Part shown: piece after piece, positions 14,113 through 26,800 of the stretch
Numbering within the stretch: the stretch's first letter is position 1
How the letters are laid out: each line of letters opens with the position of its first letter
From: Macrostomum lignano
Taxonomy: Eukaryota
Direction: 5' to 3'
Length of the DNA stretch: 64,000 nt
Assembly (NCBI GenBank): GCA_002269645.1
Contig: NIVC01000006.1
Coordinates: forward strand, 806,001-870,000
The notes under the pieces: model-generated
The model's input: the letters and a program-made list of their open reading frames with translations, nothing else
Told to the model about the DNA's origin: nothing
Databases searched by the model: none
Position numbers and translations under genes: made by a program

Positions 14113-16085
14113 AAACATTATATCTAGTATAGATTCTATGACAATTCGCAGAAAAAGGATAAAAATGCCCATTGCCCACTGTTAGTAGTCTAGTAAGCTT
14201 AGGGCCCATGTGCTAGCGCGGGATTTGGAAAAAAAATTGCGTCTTCATCAAGTGGTTGATGACCAAATTCGCCCAGTAGTACATAATTAGATTCAAATTT
14301 TACCGGCATATGAGAAGCGATATGTTGAGAACGCGCGTCGAGGAAAAAAAGAAAAATCAACCGAATATTTTGACTTGTTTTCTCGCTGCTGCGACGTCAC
14401 AGGATCAATTTGAATACGGGGAGCGGACAGGAAACGACAGTATAATGTACGTACTAGATGTTCACGCTCGTATATACAGGTTTTCAATAGATATGCCATG
14501 AGGAGCCCAAAAAGGTAATTTTTCTCATAATATATGACTCTACCACCTATGTATTGTGGCGGCCCGACAAGTGCACGGCTGAGAGCAGGGCCCTCTTGTA
14601 CGCAGGCGCGCTGTACGCCTGCATGTGGACTGGCCGTGATCGAGTTTTGGCCCATGCAGCCAGGACAGCTCTCGATATAGCTGACTCGATCACTCCTCCT
14701 TATTTTTTGGTGCTTATAAAGAACTATGCCTAACAAATATACTCGAAAAATCTTTTTGCTCACTCGCAACATTTCAACTGCCGCTCGCAAGTCTCTTCTA
14801 TTATGTTTTTACACATTTAGCCAAATCGTAAAAATATATTATGCATCGACATGTAGCTTTTGCTTTTGGTACAAAAAAGCAAACCATACATGTAACTATG
14901 CACGAAATCAAAATGTTTACATTGCACATAGGCCTATCATAAACCTGAAATATCACAAATCCGAAAAATCGACCATAACTCTAAAAACCAAAATAGGCCG
15001 TGTGGGTGTTGCTAGAGCTAGCATTTCAGAACTAATTGATATTTCAGCTAGGTTTTGTGATAGTTCGGGTTTGGGATGGGAAGTGCCATCTCGGTGCTTT
15101 GATTTTTCGAGTTTGTGAGCCCCCGCTCGGCCCCAAAATTGGTGTACATAGAAACCGAATTATTTTAGATTTAAAGCACATATTTAAACAAATCTTATGA
15201 AGTAACAAAGCATTTGTCACAGTGTAGTTTACAAATGGAAAACTAGTTAATAGAAATAAATTATTTAAATGCGAAGTACCAGTACATTAAGTAACTTTAA
15301 GAAACATAATTTGTAATATTTTCATAGAACTCGTTCATAATTATTGTTAGTTGTTGAGGGGTTGAGGCTGACTAACTGTCAGTATCAGATCAGTAGAGGT
15401 GACTGTTAGCTGTTCATATTACAGGATTACCATTTAGAGTTTAATAAAACATTGCATATTTCCTTATGGGGCATCTTCTCCATAGAGGGTACTTTTCAAT
15501 CTTAAAGTACAATTACAAAGGCTAGCTGCCTAGCTATAGCCTATAGTATACTGTATAGTATAGGCGCGTAGGCGGCCTAGGCTAGGCCTAAGGTCAAGGG
15601 GATGCAAAGAGGTGAACTGGGATCAGGATGCAGGAAGAGTCCCATGTTGTGAAAGTAAAATAAAATTTAAGTATTCTAGTTGTATTCTAGAACTAAATCA
15701 CAAACCCTCAATATTTGTTTTTTAATATTACATCAAATCTAGTTCTAGTATGCCTTAGTATTAGACAAATTATGCAAATTAACCTAGAAAAATTTCAGTA
15801 TTTCACCAAATAATATACTATCTTTGTATTATTGATTCAAGTTTAATGCTAAAAATGCTTTTTAATCAATATGTCTGTCATTATTTATCTAGGCCTATTT
15901 ATCTATTATCATATCAGTAATACAGTATTAGTATTAGTTATAAAATAATAAAATATTAATTTTGTAATTAATCCTGTATAAAAGATTCATTACATTAATC
16001 TTGTATAAATAGGCATACAAGACACCTTCCTGATCATGGCCCATATCCAATGGGAGAAAAAAGATAGGATTTAATTTGTATTTGA

Positions 16086-17398
16086 CAGTGTTGGGAAAGT
16101 TACTCTGAAAAAGTAACTTCTGGTTAAGTAACTTCCGGCTCCAAGGAAAGTAACTTCCGGCACTTGTTCTGGTACCGGAAATTTTTAAAAAAAGTAACTT
16201 CCGGTACTTCCGTTACTGGTCTTTTCTAATTCTAATTTTAAAGAACTGCCAATTAAAAAGTGCTTAAACATGTCTTTGTGAAAAAACATGTGTTGGTCTA
16301 GAGTTAAACATGATGTTATTCCTCAAATAAAGATGCTACATAATGTTTTTGTTATTATTGCGTCCAAAGTTTGAGTGAATAAATAACACCTTTACAAAGC
16401 AAAGATTATAGTATATCAGGACGATTCGCATAAAAAATTGGAGGCTGATTTTCAATTCTGACTCTTCAGAAGTATATATGGAGATAATTTTTGTACAATA
16501 AATGTGTCACAATGATCAGTGTAGAATACTTCAAGCAACTCTTAGTTGGTGTGGGCCATTCTCTTGTCGCCCTACTTTAGTAGCAGCATACTTTTCAGTA
16601 GTGTAAGTACTTTTGTACTGCTGGCTCATTTATAGTCAAAAATAATATTCTGGCAGCCTTAGAAATTAACAAAGATCTTACAATTAACATCTTACAATTA
16701 ACAAAGATGTTAAACACCAAATGGCTGGAATTTGATAGATGGACCAATGCACAAGACTTTAAAATAGCTTAATTAAATAGTGCCTTTGCGTTGCAATCAA
16801 AAAATTAAAATTAGCCTCAAAGGAGTTAAAACTTAAAACCAGCTTCTTAGAATGCATTATACTTGTATCATCTTACACAAACATCGAAATGAGGAAATTG
16901 GCCTTCAAAAAATGTTCTACCAATCACGAGTGTAGCATCTTGATGTATTGCTACATGTAGTTATTGCTTGTTAAAAAACTTCCAAGGAGTTGTTAAACAA
17001 GGATTTTTATTGTTTTGAATGCTTCTTGTTTCCACATTAGTAGTTAAGTTGCCATTAGTTACACATACTTCATTTTGATTGTATATGATGCTTAAAACGT
17101 GCTTTAACTTACAAAGTAAAAACCACATGATCTAGGATCGTCTTTTTACCTTTTATAATTGTACTACAAGCATTTTGGTGAAATTTTTGCACTTTTGGGA
17201 AATATTTAGCATTAAAATTAGCTGTTTGGCACCAAAAATTTCATGTTTAAATACCGGAAGACCAGAATTATCAAAAAGTAACTTCCGTTTTTGAAGTCCA
17301 GTGTTCTAAAAAAAAGAACCAGAAAAAAGTGCCGCTTTAAAAAAAAATAACTTCCGGTACTAAAAGTGCTAGAAGTGCCGGAACTTTGCCCAACACTA
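16086..17398. mobile_element. Non-autonomous hAT element, 1313 bp
   Basis: TIR CAGTGTTGGGAAAGT / ACTTTGCCCAACACTA; 8-bp TSD GTATTTGA (16078-16085, 17399-17406); subterminal AAGTAACTTCCG repeats. Confidence 0.9.
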
Positions 17399-18724
17399 GT
17401 ATTTGAGGATTAAAAACTTTTCATTATTTATGCAGATTAACAAACTTAAAAATTATATACTTTTGCAATGTTCACTGAGAGAAAATAATTATAAAAGAAA
17501 TACTAGGGCCTATTAATATTTTTTGTTAAAAAATTATAAGAAGTATGTTTTAGGGTGCAAAGTAATTTTTTTTATACCTGGTTTGGTATTGATAGTATTG
17601 CATATGATACAGAGTATCTTATATAAAGTCACTTTAATTTAGGCCAAAAATTTTTCATTGTGTCATATTCGCCTACATATATATAAATATATATACTAAA
17701 AAATGGCAAGTACTCTTGTATACTAGGTTTTTATATGCTAGAAAATCCTGGTATATATGTCAGCTTCCAAACTATAGGCTTAGTGAAGTACAGGTGTCTT
17801 GCCTGTGGTTGTACTTTGCTTGATGCTGTCTAGAGGTCTTCAATAAGATTGCTGCCACCAGTGGTATATAGGCTTCTTTGAGGCCTACTAGAGATGGCCT
17901 GGTAGGTCTCCAAGCGCTAGGCGATGACCTTTAGCTGGTGGTTTCTTAGAAACAATACTTGTAGCATAGATAGTGCTGCCACTAGCTTGCTTGGATCTTC
18001 CTTCAATGAAGGAGACTCCGGGCTGAGCGAAATAAATAAGACATCAGAACTCAGCACGCCATGCAGATTGACAGTTTGCATCAGTGCACACCTCATCAGT
18101 GGTCCTGCCGGGCTCAAGTGCGAGGATAAGGAACTGTGCTAGTTTCTTGTTAGCTTGGTCAGGAGTCTAGCACAAGCTCAGACACATATTCAAAAATAGA
18201 TCAGAAGTCAGAATGGAGTTTGCAAAGACCAGCGTGAGATACACAAGTCTTATAAGTTAGAGCAAAGCTTAGTCTAGCCTCATAAACGAAGGGCGGTTAA
18301 GCAAGAAGTTGCCAAACAGAGGCATGAGAGGCCCATACTTATAGGATAGCCGATCAATTTCACTATAGCATGCAACTCCCCATTGCACCAGAGTGTGCAA
18401 GGCCGCTCTCACTGTGCCCCTCAACCTGGCATGATTCAGTTCTATTTTTAGAAACAAGCACGGAGCCCCTGCCAGAGAGGCAAGGACACTGTTCCTTATT
18501 TAGAGACTGATACACAAGATTGCACAAGGCAGCGCAAGAAAAAGACAGAGCCCCTGGGGCACGTGATCTGCTACTGTACAGGCTAGACAGAGAGAACAAA
18601 TGCAGCCACACAAGAAAAGGGGAGAGAGCCCAGACAGACAATGAATCAAGGACAGGCTGAGCAGAAAAGCTCAGATGCTAGGAATGCAAACAAACTGGAA
18701 AAAGGGGGGATAGAAAGGGAGCGC

Positions 18725-18745
18725 AGGCAGACAAAAGGACAACAG

Positions 18746-18796
<51 letters not shown>

Positions 18797-18915
18797 GAAG
18801 AGGGAAAGAGAGAGAAAGAGAGGGAGAGAAAGAAGGAGAGGGAAAGAGAGAAGGAGAGGGAGAGAGAGAAGGAGGAGAGAAAGAAAGGGAGGGAGAAGGA
18901 GAGGGAAAGGGAGAG
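18725..18915. repeat. (GA)n / polypurine tract
   Basis: GAGAGA.. and GGAGAAAG runs. Confidence 0.95.
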
Positions 18916-20810
18916 CTGCGGCCAGTGGCAGCCAATAGCTCAGAAGGGCACAGGGCACAGCTGACAAAAGGGGGCACAGCTGACAAACTAGTGCTCACTT
19001 CATTAGTCCAACTAGTATATATGGTTTAGTGAAATATAAGTATCAATCAAAGAAAGCTCTTTGAAAAAGTAAATGGAAACAAAAATGGAAAATAATAATG
19101 CAACTTTCAACAAACACAAAAGTAAAACAAAGAATGTTTGTCAAAAAACAAATAATTTAAAGTTTCCTAGCAAAAAAACAAATAATTTAAAGTTAAAATA
19201 ACTCTTTTTGGAAAAAGAAAGTATATTTCTAAAAAAATATATTTTTTGAAAAAGTTGACAAATATCAGCAAGTATATACTCGGATTAAAAATTTATTTAT
19301 AACAGTAGTCAGTGTAGAATACAAAACTATAGCTTTTATTTCAATATATGCCTTCCATGATCCTAGCATGATATTGGTATCCTGACTATGGCTAAAAGCA
19401 ATTTTTAATTAAAGAAAACATCTAGGATTTTAGTATTTGTTCAGAATTTAAGTACAAAATATTTAAAACTGCAATTAGTTAATAACAATGTATTTGTCAA
19501 TATTATACATAAAAATGAGAATAGGCCTATCAGTATTACAGTTTCTTTAAAATTCAACTTTTTTGCCTTCAAAAATACTTTATTGAGAATTTGTCTGTCC
19601 TATAAATTTTACTTAACAATAATACATATACAAAGATACAAAATATAGAAAACAAAAACAATTTTCTATTTCTTTAAAAAGATTGTTAATATAAACATTG
19701 TGATTGCCAAAATTGTTGTTTCTAAGATGGTCAATTATCAAAGTAGACTGCTTTGATTGAAAATAACCTCTATGATCTATGTTTGTTTTTTGTTTTGATT
19801 TATGCTATGCATTGCTTTAATAACTACAAATTATTAAATATCTATCTATATAATTAGATCTTTTTTCTTGTATCTTTGACTCTTTCTTTGACTCTTTCTT
19901 AAATGTCTCAAGTCTATGCATAGTACTAAATCAGTTTAAACTACAAAAAATTAAAAAAGTTGAAAAATAGGCAGTCTTAGAATTTGGAGGCATGGGGCCC
20001 ATATAGCCATATATTAATATCCCTTTTGGCTTTTACTCGTATGTTGGACTTGATAGTAAAAAAATAACAACAGAAACATTAGAAAAAAACAAATACATTT
20101 TTATTAAATAGACTAGATAGTGAATTAAAAATGCTAGAATTAAGACTCCAATTTTAGGCATATGTTAATAAGCTAATACAAAGCCAAGGGGTGATACTTG
20201 TAGCTTTTTTCTTTGAGAAATTAGTTTTGTTTTGTATGACAAGTGAATCGTGATGATCATAAATGTGCAACCCCTCTGATTTACACCAGCTATGCTGCTT
20301 ACTTTTTCACCAACAATGTGACTTACCTATGAAAGAAACCTAAGCAAAATTAATGTAATTTTGGGTAAACGGCAGAAGTAACTATAAGTGTATTATTAAG
20401 GTTAAATGCTTCGTCAGCTAATTAGTACTACGTCTATGTGGTCGTCTTTGCAACTTACAATGACTGGCCCCTCGCAGGCTGGCTGTATCGGCTGGGTGTT
20501 GCACTTGTATTCTTAGTATGTAATGAGTTATGCCAGCTGCGCAAAGTGTATTACTACTGTTAGTATTGTAAAAGCATTTATGCTTCACCAACCTGCCCTA
20601 TTGAATCGGCACTATCATTCATTTCTTCACATTGTTTTATTCAGCAATTGGCATCTCTAACGCTTGGCAGAGCTGCTCTGTAAATCTGTAGAGCTGCAGA
20701 TCTACAAGCCTTACATAAGCAGAAGACCGTTGAATAGAAAAAGAGAGGATAAAAAAGCAGAAAGCAGGCAACAATCGGCGGCTGTGGCAGGCCGCCAAGG
20801 CCCCAATTTT

Positions 20811-23800
20811 ATGACAGTAGCAGCCGAGGCAGGCCAGCCTCGCCAAACTCTGCCTGTTGACCAATTAAATAGCAAAGCTTATCGCCGCTCTGGCAGCATC
20901 ATGATGCCCGGAGGTCAAGCTGCTCAGAATCGGTCGCCGCAGCAACCGTTAGACCAGCCACCGCAGCAGCCGCAGCCATCGAAAACAGTTCGCCGTCATC
21001 CCAATGCTGCCGAGCCAACCCGAGCCGAGCTGTTGAAGTACCTGGCCTGTCTCGAAGGCGAGTTAGCCGCCAGAGACGCTGCCATTGACAGCTTGCGTCA
21101 GCAGAGACAGGAGCAGCTGTTGCAGCAGGCTCGCAATGGTCGCTACGGCCTGGCCGATCCGTACGCTGCTTTGCAGCGGGATAGCGAGATCAACTCCACG
21201 CCCGGCTTAGTGACGTCATTCGGAGCATTCTGCGAATCCGACATTGACGAAGCGGCTTTGAAATCGATGTATGACAGCGAATTGGCTGCTCTGGAGAATC
21301 TTATCGATATGCAGAGTCGAGCTCAGCAACGGATGCGCGAGCAGATCAACCAGGTTGAACGGCGGTACAGGCGAGTCTGCTCGGAGCTCGAGACCGAACG
21401 GCGCAAGCACGAGAAGGACGCCGCGGAGGGGGACGACGTGCTGGCTGGGCTGGAGAAGGAGCGGGAGCGGTTGCGGTGTGAGGTGAGCAGTTTGGATTAA
21501 CGGATTTGGGTTAGTGAGTTAGATTGTGACCTGAATGGTATTCTGGCTACCGTTCAGGCTACGATATGAAGGGATGAGATGCAGGCTACAATATGAAGGG
21601 ATGAGATGCAGGCTACCGTATGAAGGGATGAGATGCAGGCTACGTTATGAATGAAGGGATGAGATGCAGGCTACCGTATGAAGGGATGAGATGCAGGCTA
21701 CGTATGAATGAAAGGATGAGATGCAGGCTACGATATGAAGGGATGAGATGCAGGCTACAATATGAAGGGATGAGATGCAGACTACAATATGAAGGGATGA
21801 GATGCAGGCTACAATATGAAGGGATGAGATGCAGGCTACCGTATGAAGGGATGAGATGCAGGCTACAATATGAAGGGATGAGATGCAGGCTACGTTATGA
21901 ATGAAGGGATGAGATGCAGGCTACCGTATGAAGGGATGAGATGCAGGCTACGTATGAATGAAAGGATGAGATGCAGGCTACGATATGAAGGGATGAGATG
22001 CAGGCTACAATATGAAGGGATGAGATGCAGGCTACAATATGAATGAAGAGATGAGATGCAGGCTACAATATAAATGAAGAGATGAGATGCAGGCTACAAT
22101 ATGAAGGGATGAGATGCAGGCTACCGTATGAATAGATGAGATGCAGGCTACGTTATGAATGAAGGGATGAGATGCAGGCTACGATATGAGTGAAGGGATG
22201 AGATGTAGGCTACGTTATGAATGAAGGGATGAGATGCAGGCTACGATATGAATGAAGGGATGAGATGCAGGCAACGATATGAATGAAGGGATGAGATGCA
22301 GGCAACGATATGAATGAAGGGATGAGATGCAGGCTACGTTATGAATGAAGGGATGAGATGCAGGCTACCACATGAATAGATAGATGAGATGCAGGCTACG
22401 ATAAGAAAGGATGAGATGCAGGTTACGATAAGAAGGAATGAGATGCAAGCTACGATAAGAAAGGATGAGATGCAGGTTACGGTATGAAGGGATGAGATGC
22501 AGGCTACGATATGAATGAAGGGATGAGATGCAGGCTACGATATGAATGGAAAGATGAGATGCAGGCTACGATATGAATGAAGGGATGAGATGCAGGCAAC
22601 GATATGAATGAAGGGATGAGATGCAGGCAACGATATGAATGAAGGGATGAGATGCAGGCTACGTTATGAATGAAGGGATGAGATGCAGGCTACCACATGA
22701 ATAGATAGATGAGATGCAGGCTACGATAAGAAAGGATGAGATGCAGGTTACGATAAGAAGGAATGAGATGCAAGCTACGATAAGAAAGGATGAGATGCAG
22801 GTTACGGTATGAAGGGATGAGATGCAGGCTACGATATGAATGAAGGGATGAGATGCAGGCTACGATATGAATGGAAAGATGAGATGCAGGCTACGATAAG
22901 AAAGGATGAGATGCAGGCTACAATATGAATGAAGGGATGAGATGCAGGCCACGATATGAAGGGATGAGATGCAGGCTACAATATGAATGAAGGGATGAGA
23001 TGCAGGCTACAATATGAATTAAGAGATGAGATGCAGGCTACAATATGAATGAAGGGATGAGATGCAGGCCACGATATGAAAGGATGAGATGCAGGCTACA
23101 ATATGAATGAAGGGATGAGATGCAGGCTACAATATGAATTAAGAGATGAGATGCAGGCTACAATATGAATGAAGGGATGAGATGCAGGCCACGATATGAA
23201 GGGATGAGATGCAGGCTACGGTATGAAGAGATGAGATGCAGGCGATAATGGGATAGCACAGTTTCAATTACAACAAGTCTGCAAACGGATCAAAAGCCCA
23301 ACCCAACGCCGCGCCATCCCAGCTGGAATTCGAGCGCCAGCAGAGCCGCAAGCTGGACCGCGAAGTCGCCCGGGTCAGCCAGGCCCTCGCCGACGAGCGC
23401 GCTCTGTCAGATCGGCAGCGCCGCGTGGCGCTCTCTCTGATCCGCGACCGGCGCGCCCTGACCAGCCGGTTGAGCGCCCTGCAGTCGCGCTGCCAGCAGC
23501 TCGAACGCGAAGCCGCCGCTGCCGAGGCCGCGGCCGCCGCCGAACTAGAAGCCGCCGCGTTGGCGAATCGAGTCGACGCCGAGCAGCGTCGAGCTCGGGA
23601 CCTCGCCGCCGAGGTTGAACGACTGCGAGCCCTGCTAGCGGCGGCCAGCCACCCAGCCAGTCAGCCCGGCGGCCTGTTGAAGGTCAAGCCGGAGCCTCCG
23701 GTCCGACGGACGCCCGGCCCGACTGTGACAGCGGCGGCGGCGGCTTCCTCGAAGCAGCAACAGCCGGCTGGCGCGAAATCTTCGACAAAGCATTCTCAGC

Positions 23801-26800
23801 AGCAGCAGCAGGTTTGTGCAGTGAATGGGAAGTGACTCTAATTTGCGTATGTGTTTAATCTCTACAAAGAGTTTGTATAGATTATTTTTTAGACTAGACA
23901 GTCTAATTGAAGTGTCGGTTGAATTTGTGTCAGTAAAGTGTGACTAAAAATGTGACTGTAGAATGACGCTCAAGTGTCAGTAAGTTGGGGCTAAATGTGT
24001 CAGTAAATTGGGGCTGACATGTGTCAGTAGAATAAAGCTTGTGTGTCAGTTAATTGGAGCAAAAATGTGTCAGTAAATTGAAGCTGAAATGTGTCAGTAG
24101 AATGAGGCTTAAATGTGTCAGTAAATTGGGGCTGAAATGTGTCAGTAAATTGGGGCTGAAATGTGTCAGTAAATTGGGGCTGGAATGTGTCAGTAAATTG
24201 GGGCTGAAATGTGTCAGTAAATTAGGGCTGGAATGTGTCAGTAAATTGGGGCTGAAATGTGTCAGTAAATTGGAGCTAAAATGTGTCAGTAAATTGGGGC
24301 TGAAATGTGTCAGTAAATTGGGGCTGAAATGTGTCAGTAAATTGGAGCTAAAATGTGTCAGTAAATTGGGGCTGAAATGTGTCAGTAAATTGGGGCTGGA
24401 ATGTGTCAGTAAATTGGAGCTAAAATGTGTCAGTAAATTGGAGCTAAAATGTGTCAGTAAATTGGGGCTGAAATGTGTCAGTAAATTGGGGCTGGAATGT
24501 GTCAGTAAATTGGAGCTAAAATGTGTCAGTAAATTGGAGCTGAAATGTGTCAGTAAATTGGAGCTAAAATGTGTCAGTAAATTGGGGCTGAAATGTGTCA
24601 GTAAATTGGGGCTGAAATGTGTCAGTAAATTGGAGCTAAAATGTGTCAGTAAATTGGGGCCGAAATGTGTCAGTAAATTGGGGCTGAAATGTGTCAGTAA
24701 ATTGGGGCTGGAATGTGTCAGTAAATTGGAGCTAAAATGTGTCAGTAAATTGGGGCTGAAATGTGTCAGTAATTTATGACTAAAATGTGTCAGTAAATTA
24801 TTACTAAATGTGTCAGTAATAATTTATGACTAAAATGTGTCAGTAAAATGAGACTTAAGTGTGTCAGTAAAGTGTGACTAAAATGTGTCAGTAAATTGGA
24901 GCTAAAATGTGTCAGTAGAATGAGGCTTAATGTGTCAGTAAAGTGTAACTAAAATGTGTCAGTAAATTGGGGCTGAAATGTGTCAGTAAATTGGGGCTGA
25001 AATGTGTCAGTAAATTGGGGCTGAAATGTGTCAGTAAATTGGAGCTAAAATGTGTCAGTAGAATGAGGCTTAATGTGTCAGTAAAGTGTAACTAAAATGT
25101 GTCAGTAAATTGGGGCTAAAATGTGTCAGTAAATTGGGGCTGAAATGTGTCAGTAAATTGGGGCTGAAATGTGTCAGTATATTGGGGCTGAAATGTGTCA
25201 GTAAATTGGGGCTGAAATGTGTCAGTATATTGGGGCTAAAATGTGTCAGTAAATTGGAGCTGAAATGTGTCAGTTTGTAAACAAAATTGAATGTGCGGTG
25301 GCAAAATAACACATTTATTATTAATAAATCATATTTACTTTGCTAATCGTTGCCTCTAAATTTCGACGCTTAATTTTGTTTAAAGAAATCTATCTAATAT
25401 TCTAACATGCCGCTTGTGATGAGTTGTTAACACGACGATTTAATATTTCGCTTCGGATAACGAGTCATAATAACTGTTAATGTTTTTCTAAACTCATATT
25501 TATGTTATCTTAATTGTTTTGCTATCAAGTGCTTTGAGTGCTTTAGCTGAAATCAGATATTCACTCTTTGTCTGATTATTAATCAGTTTTTTATTTCCTT
25601 AATTGTTTTAAAAGCTCGCCTTGATATCTAGTCAGTCCTGTTTCTTATGCCCAAGGACGTCAAGGAAAAATTAGACGTCTGGATTGGAAGTAGGCGATTT
25701 AATAACATCACAGCTACAATTGCTTACCCAAGAGCACAAATTGTCAATAATGTCGCATTATTTAATATTTAGTAACCCCGGTTTCTTTGTTAATAAAAAT
25801 TTGTTATAATGAATACAATCTATGGGAAAAATCGATTATTTTATTGCAAAACTTTTTTATTTTTATGATTTTTGAATCCAAATCCATTATTGGTTGTAGA
25901 TTTCTTTCTTAGAAATCTGCCTCACCTCGCGTTCCTGTTATGGCAATCGAAAATCACAGAATACAGAATATGATCAATAAATAACCATATTGCGTTGTGA
26001 ACTTTTACCTGATTGTTTAATCACTGATGCCACATTGTACTTATATATAAATATTATTGCAGTGTTTTGTATCTGTGCAAACGTAATGCTTAGGGCCTTC
26101 AAATATTGATTTTCAATAATTTTATTGTGTTTTATGCGACCAAAATCCTGTTTTTAAAAATTTATGTTGTATATTTTTTAATTAAAACAAACATGTACTC
26201 CATGTCCCTTCTATTGTGTGCATGTACTCAGTAGTAGCATGTATAGTAAATTATTATTTACATGTATTATAAACCAATGTTCAAAAATTGAATAATAAGG
26301 ATTCAGATTGAGTATAAAAAGTAATGGGTAAAGTTATTAACTAAGTGTAAAGACATGCCTACATTTTTGATGCTTTTCTCTCTGGTAAATAATTGTGCAA
26401 GCTTTTTTCTATTCAAACGATGCACTTTCATGCACACAGCAATCTGTATTGTAATTATTTTGCTCGTTTTGACAGTCGTTTGTGTTTATATCTGTTTATA
26501 ATATATAGCTATATATATATCTATCTATAGAGGCTCTAACTTTTATGCCTTTAACAATGGTTATAACAGTAACACTGTGCATATAGATATGCTTAATAAT
26601 CCTCATTATAACAAAGCAACATGTTTGCTTGGTTTTTCTGTCTTTTTGGCGTGTAACACATTGTTAAATAATGATAACAACAACAACTAATTTAACACTT
26701 AACAGCGTTTGCAGTTCAAATTATTTATAATCTGATGCTTACTTGTTAGCCTGTTTTAGTCTCTATTAGCTTTGGACATAGACATTTTGCCTAAGCTAAA

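Noticed and set aside
18641-18998. ERERE / SLSLSL ORFs
   Set aside because: (GA)n microsatellite.
14199-20005. GGGCCCATG / CATGGGGCCC as termini of a large Harbinger-like element
   Set aside because: The match is short and semi-palindromic, and the flanks (TTA vs ATA) do not form a convincing TSD.
24054-24779. Long repetitive ORFs (CVSKLGLK..) and similar ORFs at 3.8, 21.6, 27.7, 35, 43.5, 45.1 and 46 kb
   Set aside because: They are translations of stop-free intronic minisatellites, in arbitrary frames or strands.
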